Below are positions 56,977 through 64,000 of a DNA stretch of 64,000 nt, one piece after another. A program made the position numbers and the translations under genes. Every line of letters begins with the position of its first letter. The stretch's first letter is position 1. Source of the stretch: Minisyncoccota bacterium (lineage in GTDB: Bacteria > Patescibacteriota > Minisyncoccia > Phycocordibacterales > UBA9973); assembly GCA_041664465.1 (NCBI GenBank), contig JBAYKP010000001.1, positions 4,204 through 68,203 of the forward strand, in the 5' to 3' direction. The notes below the pieces were generated by a model that was not told the DNA's origin, searched no databases, and saw only the letters and a list, made by a program, of their open reading frames with translations.

Positions 56977-57330
56977 TTATATAAATTCAATTATTGCCAT
57001 TTTACTAGCGTCACCTAGGCGACGTGGCATCTTGGTAATACGTGTATAACCTCCAGTTTGACCTTTATATTTTGGAGCAACTTTATCAATAAGTTTGGCA
57101 GCTTCACTTGTAAGTCCGTATAAACGTGAAGTTACAAGTCGGCGTGATGCGAGTGTGCCTACGTTTGCCTTGGTTATCATCTTCTCAATAGCTGGGCGAA
57201 GCTCTTTGGCCTTTGCTTCTGTCGTCTCTATCTTACCGTGAGCAATAAGAGCAAGCATAAGACCTTTCATTAAGGCATTACGTCCATTCTTATTTCTTCC
57301 AAATTTTCTTACATTATTTCCGTGTCTCAT
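56977..57330 (-). CDS. rplQ: Ribosomal protein L17
   Basis: 117 aa; MRHGNNVRKFGRN... bL17. Confidence 0.9.
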   Translation of the reverse strand: MRHGNNVRKFGRNKNGRNALMKGLMLALIAHGKIETTEAKAKELRPAIEKMITKANVGTLASRRLVTSRLYGLTSEAAKLIDKVAPKYKGQTGGYTRITKMPRRLGDASKMAIIEFI

Positions 57331-57350
57331 AAAATTTTATTAATTACTAA

Positions 57351-58346
57351 TTATTTAAGTGTTATATTATATCCTCCAAGAATTTTCTTTATTTCTTGAA
57401 TTCCTTTATCTCCGATACCATCAATTTCTAATAAATCTTCTTTCTTTTTACGTGCGATACCTCCGATAGTACGAATATTTGCATCTGTGAGAGCATTTAA
57501 TGTACGAGTAGAAAGATTCAAAGTATCAATACGAGTCTTTAAGATATCTGTAAATTCATTACCTTCGCTCTTATCTTCTTCTGTTTCTTTTCCACTTTCT
57601 GTACGAGTTGTGGGTGGAGTAGCTTCTGTCTTGTCATTAGCTAATGATCTATTCTCTACAGTAAAGCCAACAATTGCTTGAAGTTGTTCTACCATTATCA
57701 CGATAGCTTTCTCTAGAGCTTCACGTGGAGTAAGGGTGCCATCTGTCTCTATGGTCATACGTAGACGATTGTGGTTGGTTTTGTCTCCGACACGCATATT
57801 CTCAACTTCATAAGCTACACGACGAATAGGAGTAAAAATAGCATCAAGAGATATAACTCCGACATCATTTTTCTCTTTTTGGTGGACATCTTTAGGAACA
57901 AAGCCAAGCCCTTTCTCTACAGTCATTTCTATGGAAAGATTAGTCTTGCCAGTAACCTCTGCAATATATAAATCTTTATTTAAAACTTCTACTTGACCAC
58001 TAACGGTAATATCAGAAGCTTTAATTACTTTTGGTCCTTTTATTGAAAGTTTAACAGTTTGAGGCTCATCAGTAAGTAAGTGAAAACGAACTTGCTTCAA
58101 ATGAAGAAGTATAGTGATAACATCTTCTTTTACTCCATCTATGACAGAGAATTCATGATCGACTCCATCAATTTTAAGAGTTGTAATAGCTGCACCTGAA
58201 AGAGATGAAAGAATAATACGACGAAGAGAATTTCCTAAGGTATGGCCATACCCAGGGTAGAGACCATCAATCTCATAGACACCTTTGGTATCTACTTCAG
58301 AAACGATGGATAATTTGGATGGTAATATGATATTTAAATCAGACAT
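57351..58346 (-). CDS. rpoA: DNA-directed RNA polymerase subunit alpha
   Basis: 331 aa; N-terminal dimerisation domain GYGHTLGNSLRR, C-terminal alpha-CTD. Confidence 0.9.
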   Translation of the reverse strand: MSDLNIILPSKLSIVSEVDTKGVYEIDGLYPGYGHTLGNSLRRIILSSLSGAAITTLKIDGVDHEFSVIDGVKEDVITILLHLKQVRFHLLTDEPQTVKLSIKGPKVIKASDITVSGQVEVLNKDLYIAEVTGKTNLSIEMTVEKGLGFVPKDVHQKEKNDVGVISLDAIFTPIRRVAYEVENMRVGDKTNHNRLRMTIETDGTLTPREALEKAIVIMVEQLQAIVGFTVENRSLANDKTEATPPTTRTESGKETEEDKSEGNEFTDILKTRIDTLNLSTRTLNALTDANIRTIGGIARKKKEDLLEIDGIGDKGIQEIKKILGGYNITLK

Positions 58347-58408
58347 ATGATATTTGCGAGTGCACTCGCAATAAATTATTTATTAAAACTCACCATACAT
58401 TACTATTA

Positions 58409-59017
58409 TTAACGACTATAAAATTCAAGCACTGTGTTTAAATCAAGGAAACCTTCAATATTTTTTGGTTTACCGACAACTGTTCCGGCAAGCTTCGCAA
58501 CATCAAAAGTAAGCCAGTTGGGAGCGGTATATTCTTTCATTTTCTTTTCTATTTCAGCGAATAGGACACTCTTCTTGCTTCCTTCGCGGACAGCGACAAC
58601 GTCGCCTACTTTGACACGCAAAGATGGGATTGTGGTCTTCTTGCCATTTACTGTAAAGTGACCATGTGATGCCATCTGACGAGACAAGCGACGAGTATGA
58701 GCAAGCCCAAGTCTGTATGCTACGTTATCAAGTCTTCTCTCAAGTAATTCAAAAAGATATTCGGTAGCAACTGTCCCTTTATGAGAAACTGCTTCTTTGA
58801 CATAATTAGAAAATTGCTTTTCACTTATATTGTACATAAAGCGAACCTTCTGCTTCTCTACAAACTGAAGAGCGTATCCAGAGAGAGCTTTCGGTCTCTT
58901 ATTCTTTGAATTCTTTAAATGACGAGCTTCAGATGCAACAAATTTAGCCGTTTGGCATTTTTCAAATACACCCGCTCCTAATCTTCTTCCTATTTTATAT
59001 TTTTGAACTTTTTTCAT
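58409..59017 (-). CDS. rpsD: Ribosomal protein S4
   Basis: 202 aa; uS4 N-terminus and S4 RNA-binding domain. Confidence 0.9.
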   Translation of the reverse strand: MKKVQKYKIGRRLGAGVFEKCQTAKFVASEARHLKNSKNKRPKALSGYALQFVEKQKVRFMYNISEKQFSNYVKEAVSHKGTVATEYLFELLERRLDNVAYRLGLAHTRRLSRQMASHGHFTVNGKKTTIPSLRVKVGDVVAVREGSKKSVLFAEIEKKMKEYTAPNWLTFDVAKLAGTVVGKPKNIEGFLDLNTVLEFYSR

Positions 59018-59023
59018 AATTAT

Positions 59024-59470
59024 TTATACTCTACGTGGCTTCTTAGGTTTTGGACCATTGTGTGGAACCGGGGTTATATCTTTCACTCCTGATATTTCAA
59101 TATCGTAAGCCATAAAAGCACGAATCGTAGGCTCTCGCCCCGAACCAACGCCCTTAACTTTTACATCTACTTCTTTAATTCCTAAAGCTTTAGCTTTTTC
59201 ACCTATGACAGAGCCTGCCTTAGAAGCAGCAAATGGAGTCCCCTTTTTAGCACCTTTAAATCCTAATGATCCTGCCGAAGTCCAGAATAAAGTATTTCCT
59301 TCTTTGTCAGAAAGAACCACTTTTGTATTATTGAAAGTAGCTTCTACGTGCAAAGTGCCAGCCACTACCTTTTTCTTTGGAGTTTTAGTGGCAGATTTAA
59401 CTACTTCAGCAACTTCTGCTGGAGCATCTTTCTTCTCTTCTTCTTTTGTTATAATTTTTATCTTTCCCAT
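59024..59470 (-). CDS. rpsK: Ribosomal protein S11 (Lys-rich N-terminal extension)
   Basis: 148 aa; uS11 core ...NTLFWTSAGSLGFKGAKKGTPFAA... Confidence 0.9.
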   Translation of the reverse strand: MGKIKIITKEEEKKDAPAEVAEVVKSATKTPKKKVVAGTLHVEATFNNTKVVLSDKEGNTLFWTSAGSLGFKGAKKGTPFAASKAGSVIGEKAKALGIKEVDVKVKGVGSGREPTIRAFMAYDIEISGVKDITPVPHNGPKPKKPRRV

Positions 59471-59491
59471 ATTGTTTTTGTTCTGATGTTA

Positions 59492-59872
59492 CTAGGTTTT
59501 GGATTCCTTTCGGCGACCAGATGCCATTGTCTTACGTACGTTACCTCTGATAGTTCTAGAATTCGTCTTGGTCCTTTGTCCGTTGACTGGCAAGCGACGC
59601 ATATGTCTAACTCCCCTGTATGACTTGATATCTTTCAATCGTTTAATGTTGGAAGATATTTCGCGTCGAAGTGATCCTTCAATGGACATAGTTTCTATAA
59701 CTTTACGAATAGCATTCTCTTGATCTACTGTGAGAGTATCAGCTTTGATAGTAGGATCTATCTTCACTTCTTTTAAAATAGAGCGGGCGCGAGATATACC
59801 TATGCCATAGAGAGCAGTAAGTCCAACGTCTAAATGTTTATTATTAGGGATATTTATTCCAAGAATTCTCAT
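59492..59872 (-). CDS. rpsM: Ribosomal protein S13
   Basis: start at MRILGINIP (ORF-track extension overlaps rpmJ); uS13 pattern. Confidence 0.9.
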   Translation of the reverse strand: MRILGINIPNNKHLDVGLTALYGIGISRARSILKEVKIDPTIKADTLTVDQENAIRKVIETMSIEGSLRREISSNIKRLKDIKSYRGVRHMRRLPVNGQRTKTNSRTIRGNVRKTMASGRRKESKT

Positions 59873-59879
59873 ATATAAA

Positions 59880-59990
59880 TTATTGTTTTTGTTTATGTTT
59901 AGGATTAGAACAAATAACGCGGAGATGACCTTCACGTTTTACCATTTTGCATTTCGCACAGATTTTCTTCACGGATGATTTTATTTTCAT
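59880..59990 (-). CDS. rpmJ: Ribosomal protein L36
   Basis: 36 aa, hand-translated: [36 protein letters not shown] (C-x2-C-x12-C-x4-H zinc ribbon); below ORF-track size cutoff. Confidence 0.8.
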   Translation of the reverse strand: MKIKSSVKKICAKCKMVKREGHLRVICSNPKHKQKQ

Positions 59991-60096
59991 ATTTTATCTT
60001 CTAAAATGAAAGAAAAATAAAGGGTGCATACCCTGTATTGGACCTTCGTATTATCGGTATTATATTACACTATTTAAATAAAAATGCAAGACCCAT

Positions 60097-60312
60097 CTAT
60101 CCTCTTTTAATAATTCTACCTTTCCCACCGTATGGATCAAGCAAAACTTCTACCCGATCCCCCAATAATACCTTAATCCTATGCATCCGCATCTTCCCAG
60201 ACAAATAACTGATGATGATTTTACCATCACCTAAGTCTACTCTAAAGAGTGTATTTGGGAGGGCTTCTGTGACTATACCTATTGCTGTATTATTGTCGCC
60301 TTGTTGATTCAT
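60097..60312 (-). CDS. infA: Translation initiation factor IF-1
   Basis: 71 aa; ...VTEALPNTLFRVDL...ISGKMRMHRIKVLLGDRVEV... S1-like OB fold. Confidence 0.9.
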   Translation of the reverse strand: MNQQGDNNTAIGIVTEALPNTLFRVDLGDGKIIISYLSGKMRMHRIKVLLGDRVEVLLDPYGGKGRIIKRG

Positions 60313-60335
60313 CCCGTGTGAAATTTTCTATTACT

Positions 60336-60430
60336 TGATATTACATTAGAACGTATACCGCTTCGTTTAAAATTTTTTACAAAATATTCTCTTTTTAAAT
60401 TTCTATCGGGATTCATTTAATGTAATATCA
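60336..60430. other. 13-bp perfect inverted repeat TGATATTACATTA ... TAATGTAATATCA (69-nt spacer) upstream of infA
   Basis: read directly at 60336-60348 and 60418-60430; lies between upstream gene stop and infA start. Confidence 0.5.
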
Positions 60431-60470
60431 TCATAACAAAAATATAAATTCTAGTCAATAGATAGATCCA

Positions 60471-61772
60471 CTATTTCAATATAATATTTATCTTTTTGGC
60501 ATTTTCTGGTAAACTTTTAGACCATAGAGGGAATATTCTTATTGAAGCACTAGATATACCAGGGTCTTGTTTTAAAATATCGGGGATTTCCACTTTCTTT
60601 TTACCAACTAATACATCTTTAAGTTCTAATACATCTGGCTTCCAATCAAGTGGCAAGCTACCAGTCAATTCAAAATCAAAACTATCTATATCTTTACTTA
60701 CTACTTGATCTTTATTAACAAAATTAAAAGAGAGTAAAGATAAATCTGGATTAAGAATTTCAGATCTTTCTTTGGGTGAAATATTGGGCAACAATTTTTG
60801 AATAAGAAATTCTGATAAGTCATCTTCTTTCATTAAGAATGCCGAGACGGTACTTTTAATTTCTATGGTCGTGTTGGGATTTTTAGAAACTACATTTTCT
60901 CCGACAATTTCGTGAGAGAAGTTCACAATATCAGGATAAAGGATATACCCTTTCGGTACTTGAGCTGAGAGTTTGCGTAGAAGCTTCTCTTTAAGAGCTG
61001 TTGTATTACTTAAGATATCAGTTTTCTCCTTTTCATCTAGGATATAAACGAGCCCTACCATACCTCCGGTCAAAGGTATTTTCGTCTGGCCATATATCTT
61101 TTTATATTTAGTCGTCCCCTTGAAAGAATTAATAGAAAAAGTGGCTGGCGATCCATTGTAAGTATCTCCAGCAAGAAAGGCCGTGATGCCTACTGAAATT
61201 TGCCCAGGGATTATAGCCTTAACTCCATCTAGTGTATAGCCCGGTATTGAGACGGTCTTATCTATCTTGTACGACTTACCCTTTTCATCTGAAATGAAAG
61301 TTCCCGCAGTAATCTTTTGCACTTTCGTACTATATTCATTATATAGAGTTATTTCTCCTTTGGCTTTTTCGGATGCATCTAAAGACGAAGTATATACGAC
61401 ATCTTTACTTTGATTATCAGATACAATCATGACCTCAAAAGGAATATTACCAGATGAAAGTTTCCCTCCTGTAAATTTATCGTGACTTAGCTCAAAAGTT
61501 TGATTCTTGTGAATAATAGTAATTTTTGCACTAAGAAATTCTGTAGACAACAGATAAAATGCTCCTATGGCTATAGATAGGACGAAGAAAAAAAGAATGG
61601 TTTTATTAAAAGGACGATTTCTGTCTCGCATTCTAGGAGTATCTGGTATTCTTTTGGTAGAACGAGACAGCTCCTTTCCCTTTTCTTTCTTCTTGAGAAA
61701 GTCATACTTGTCAGAAGAAGGCTCTTCCTCCTTTATATTATTTAGTTTGAAATCTTCTAGTTTCCTATTCAT
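60471..61772 (-). CDS. membrane protein: basic cytoplasmic N-terminus, single TM, large external domain (possibly PilN/PilO-like)
   Basis: 433 aa; TM ILFFFVLSIAIGAFYLLS at aa ~58-76; overlaps upstream actin-like ATPase gene by 8 nt. Confidence 0.4.
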   Translation of the reverse strand: MNRKLEDFKLNNIKEEEPSSDKYDFLKKKEKGKELSRSTKRIPDTPRMRDRNRPFNKTILFFFVLSIAIGAFYLLSTEFLSAKITIIHKNQTFELSHDKFTGGKLSSGNIPFEVMIVSDNQSKDVVYTSSLDASEKAKGEITLYNEYSTKVQKITAGTFISDEKGKSYKIDKTVSIPGYTLDGVKAIIPGQISVGITAFLAGDTYNGSPATFSINSFKGTTKYKKIYGQTKIPLTGGMVGLVYILDEKEKTDILSNTTALKEKLLRKLSAQVPKGYILYPDIVNFSHEIVGENVVSKNPNTTIEIKSTVSAFLMKEDDLSEFLIQKLLPNISPKERSEILNPDLSLLSFNFVNKDQVVSKDIDSFDFELTGSLPLDWKPDVLELKDVLVGKKKVEIPDILKQDPGISSASIRIFPLWSKSLPENAKKINIILK

Positions 61773-62949
61773 ATAATTGTTCCATTTTTCTCATAACACT
61801 TATAGATTCTATCATTAAGAAGGGGTCACAAGTCCCATTATTGATATTGCACATATTTAAAAATTCCGGACCATCGATGGTAACTAGGGTAAACTTTTTA
61901 TTGGGAACCATAGACTCTATATATTCATCATTGTTTATAATTTTCACAAACCAATCCTTCACATCAGAATCAATAGTGAGAAACATTGTATTGGGCAAGG
62001 TTAGAGTACGAGGAAGTGTATTGATGCATTCCTTGAAAGATACTCCCCATAACTTCTGCATAGTTTCTAAGACTGGAAGAAGTTTATCCTTCTCTTTTTC
62101 AGATAAAGTGCCTCTACTGAAAAGAGAAAGTATTTCATAGGCATCACGTAATTCAATCCTAAGCTTTTTACAAATGTTTCTAAATAAAGTTTTCCTGCCA
62201 TAAGGAAATGAAAGTGAATCTCTAATGATACCCTTAGAGATGATACCAATGTCAGTGACTTCTCCTCCAATATCTAACAATAGATAAGAATCGTGATTCA
62301 TATATCTATCCCTGACAGCAATATATGAGCTCATCATAAAGGAAGAGAAAGAAACAGGTGTATGATGAAAATTTTGAGAGATAGTTTCTTTGATTTTATC
62401 TAGGCAGACTTTTGGGGAAAGAGATATTACCATATCCATCTCTATAGAGCGAGTCTTCTTGCCCATTGGATCATATACGTGATAACCATTGAGAGCCACG
62501 CCAATGACTGGATGCTCGATAACTTCTGAGGTACTATCCACTCCATACTTATTCTTATAAATAAGATTGAATGATTCTATTTCTTTTTCCAATAATTCAT
62601 CTACTATCTTTTTCGTAAAAGTGAAGGAATGCTCTTTGGATATCTTAATCATTCTTGTTTCTGATATATACCAAGGAGATGCCAAGACGCAGACTATCTC
62701 ATCCGGTGCTCCAAGCGAACTTTCATATATACTTTTAGATGTAAAACCAAGAGCAAGAATCATATCTTTGAGAAATAGATCGAAGTTCAATTCTTCTCTA
62801 TCTACTATGTCCGTACGAGCAGATTTGATAATTGTCGGTAGACTTTCCTTGCCAGTCGGGATCTTCACAAGTGCCCCTCCGACACTCCCCGAGCCAATAT
62901 CAAAAATAGCAACAATCCTTTCTTTCTTTTTAGATGTAAATAATCCCAT
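61765..62949 (-). CDS. actin-like ATPase of the FtsA/PilM family (PilM-like favoured)
   Basis: 394 aa; phosphate-1 IVAIFDIGSGSVG, phosphate-2 LLLDIGGEVTDIGI; no ftsZ downstream, followed by single-TM protein. Confidence 0.5.
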   Translation of the reverse strand: MGLFTSKKKERIVAIFDIGSGSVGGALVKIPTGKESLPTIIKSARTDIVDREELNFDLFLKDMILALGFTSKSIYESSLGAPDEIVCVLASPWYISETRMIKISKEHSFTFTKKIVDELLEKEIESFNLIYKNKYGVDSTSEVIEHPVIGVALNGYHVYDPMGKKTRSIEMDMVISLSPKVCLDKIKETISQNFHHTPVSFSSFMMSSYIAVRDRYMNHDSYLLLDIGGEVTDIGIISKGIIRDSLSFPYGRKTLFRNICKKLRIELRDAYEILSLFSRGTLSEKEKDKLLPVLETMQKLWGVSFKECINTLPRTLTLPNTMFLTIDSDVKDWFVKIINNDEYIESMVPNKKFTLVTIDGPEFLNMCNINNGTCDPFLMIESISVMRKMEQLYE

Positions 62950-63000
62950 ATGTATATTATACTACATCATTAATAAAAATGCTCTATAATTTGTGGAAAA

Positions 63001-64000
63001 TTATTCAAGAATCGCTTTAATTCGGCGGACACCAGCAGAGCTGGCTTCTTCTTTTTGGATTTTAAATACACCTAAATCACCAGTGTTCTCGGCATGCGGT
63101 CCACCACAGAATTCTTTTGAAATAGCATTGCCATTTTTATCCTCTATAAAGTATACAGATACTACTTCGGGGTACTTTGCACCAAATTCCATTTGAGCAC
63201 CAAGCTTTTCAGCTTCAGCTAAAGGCATCTCGCGTCTAACAACATTTAGATTCTCTTTTATTCTATCGTTCACCCAGTCTTCTACTTTTTTCTTTTCTTC
63301 ATCTGAGAGCTTGTGATCACACATAAAATCCATACGAAGCCTCTCTTCTGTGATATTACTTCCTCTTTGTTTGATATCAGGAAAAACTATTGCTTGTAAT
63401 CCTGCAAGCAGTAAGTGGTGTGCTGTATGAAGCTTCACAATCTTATCACTATTTCCCGCAAGCCCACCCTTGAACATCCCAGCACTTGAAGTGCGAGATA
63501 AAGCTTGATGCTCTTTTAATTTCTTATCAAAATCTTCTCTATCTATTTTTATTCCTTTTTCTTTTGCAAGTTCTTCTGTGAGTTCAATCGGGAAACCAAA
63601 ACTCTGAAATAAATCAAAAGGGTCTATACCTTTTTCAAATGCTTTTAAGCCTTGCTCCAACGTCAAGCGAAACTTTTCTTCTTCTTCTTTGATTATTCCT
63701 TTATCATCTAAAATATATGCACCTTTATATATGTCTTTAATTTTTTCAATCATTTCGTATAAAGGTTTTCTTGAAAGTCTCGCTGCCCTTCTTATCAGTC
63801 TTCTAAGAACATACCCTCTACCAGTGTTGCCAGGTATAACACCGTCAGAAATCATAAATAAAGATGCCTTCACGTGATCGATAATAATTCTCTCTTCTCT
63901 TGTTTTTTCTCCTCCAAACAAATCCGTATCAAATACTGTTTTAACTCCTTGTTTTACCATCACTATTCTCTCAAGACCCATTCCTGTATCTACATTATGC
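63001..64000 (-). CDS. alaS: Alanyl-tRNA synthetase (3' portion; gene continues beyond window edge; no C-Ala domain)
   Basis: DTGMGLERIV at the window edge, editing-domain HTAHHLL and CGGPHAENTG zinc motifs, ends ...RRIKAILE*. Confidence 0.85.
   Translation of the reverse strand, partial: HNVDTGMGLERIVMVKQGVKTVFDTDLFGGEKTREERIIIDHVKASLFMISDGVIPGNTGRGYVLRRLIRRAARLSRKPLYEMIEKIKDIYKGAYILDDKGIIKEEEEKFRLTLEQGLKAFEKGIDPFDLFQSFGFPIELTEELAKEKGIKIDREDFDKKLKEHQALSRTSSAGMFKGGLAGNSDKIVKLHTAHHLLLAGLQAIVFPDIKQRGSNITEERLRMDFMCDHKLSDEEKKKVEDWVNDRIKENLNVVRREMPLAEAEKLGAQMEFGAKYPEVVSVYFIEDKNGNAISKEFCGGPHAENTGDLGVFKIQKEEASSAGVRRIKAILE

Noticed and set aside
1-64000. Alternative genetic code (UGA recoding) as in some CPR lineages
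   Set aside because: Conserved genes (dnaK, rpoA, cysS, gltX) read full-length with TGA used as stop; the standard code fits.
1-64000. CRISPR array or cas operon associated with the Cas2-like domains
   Set aside because: No direct-repeat/spacer array and no cas1 or other cas genes anywhere in the window; Cas2-like domains are fused to winged helices, as in PaaX-type regulators.

Overview
This is a 64 kb, visibly AT-rich, gene-dense window that is mostly coded on the minus strand. Its content is consistent with a reduced-genome bacterium, possibly of the Candidate Phyla Radiation (CPR)/Patescibacteria type; that placement is an inference from the features below, not a database result.

The features behind that inference are:
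- a compact glycolysis/pentose-phosphate cluster with a split transketolase;
- a short AspRS plus GatB, which together indicate the indirect tRNA-Asn/Gln pathway;
- intact murG/ftsW/mraY;
- many Lys-rich hypothetical proteins.

The standard genetic code is used; DnaK and RpoA, for example, read full-length with TGA as stop.

The housekeeping backbone comprises fba, a pfkB-like kinase, tkt (N and C subunits), rpe, rpiB, dapF, gapA, gatB, tRNA-Leu(UAA), gltX, murG, ftsW, mraY, scpAB, aspS, trpS, dnaB, recR, rplU, cysS, trpB, lysC, asd, dnaJ, dnaK and grpE. It ends with the rpsI-rplM and rplQ-rpoA-rpsD-rpsK-rpsM-rpmJ-infA ribosomal blocks, followed by a partial alaS at the window edge.

The more unusual content, and my candidates for something undescribed, are:
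- two paralogous ~735-aa surface proteins, each followed by a lipoprotein gene, with homologous promoter regions and matching terminators;
- a 570-aa protein built from duplicated CxxC zinc-ribbon modules, embedded in an agmatine-to-spermidine operon;
- two paralogous regulators with a winged helix plus a Cas2-like fold. One is flanked by two copies of a 38-bp palindrome. The other is divergent from dnaK with a perfect palindromic operator, where HrcA/CIRCE would normally sit;
- a six-gene minus-strand envelope/signalling operon: a Cys-rich membrane protein, a 55-aa ORF, a DUF2156-like protein, an 8-TM protein, a 98-aa protein and an orphan histidine kinase;
- a pair of tandem HExxH proteins;
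- a candidate attenuator upstream of an orphan trpB;
- several GC-rich structured intergenic elements and repeats.

I saw no CRISPR array, transposase or integrase.
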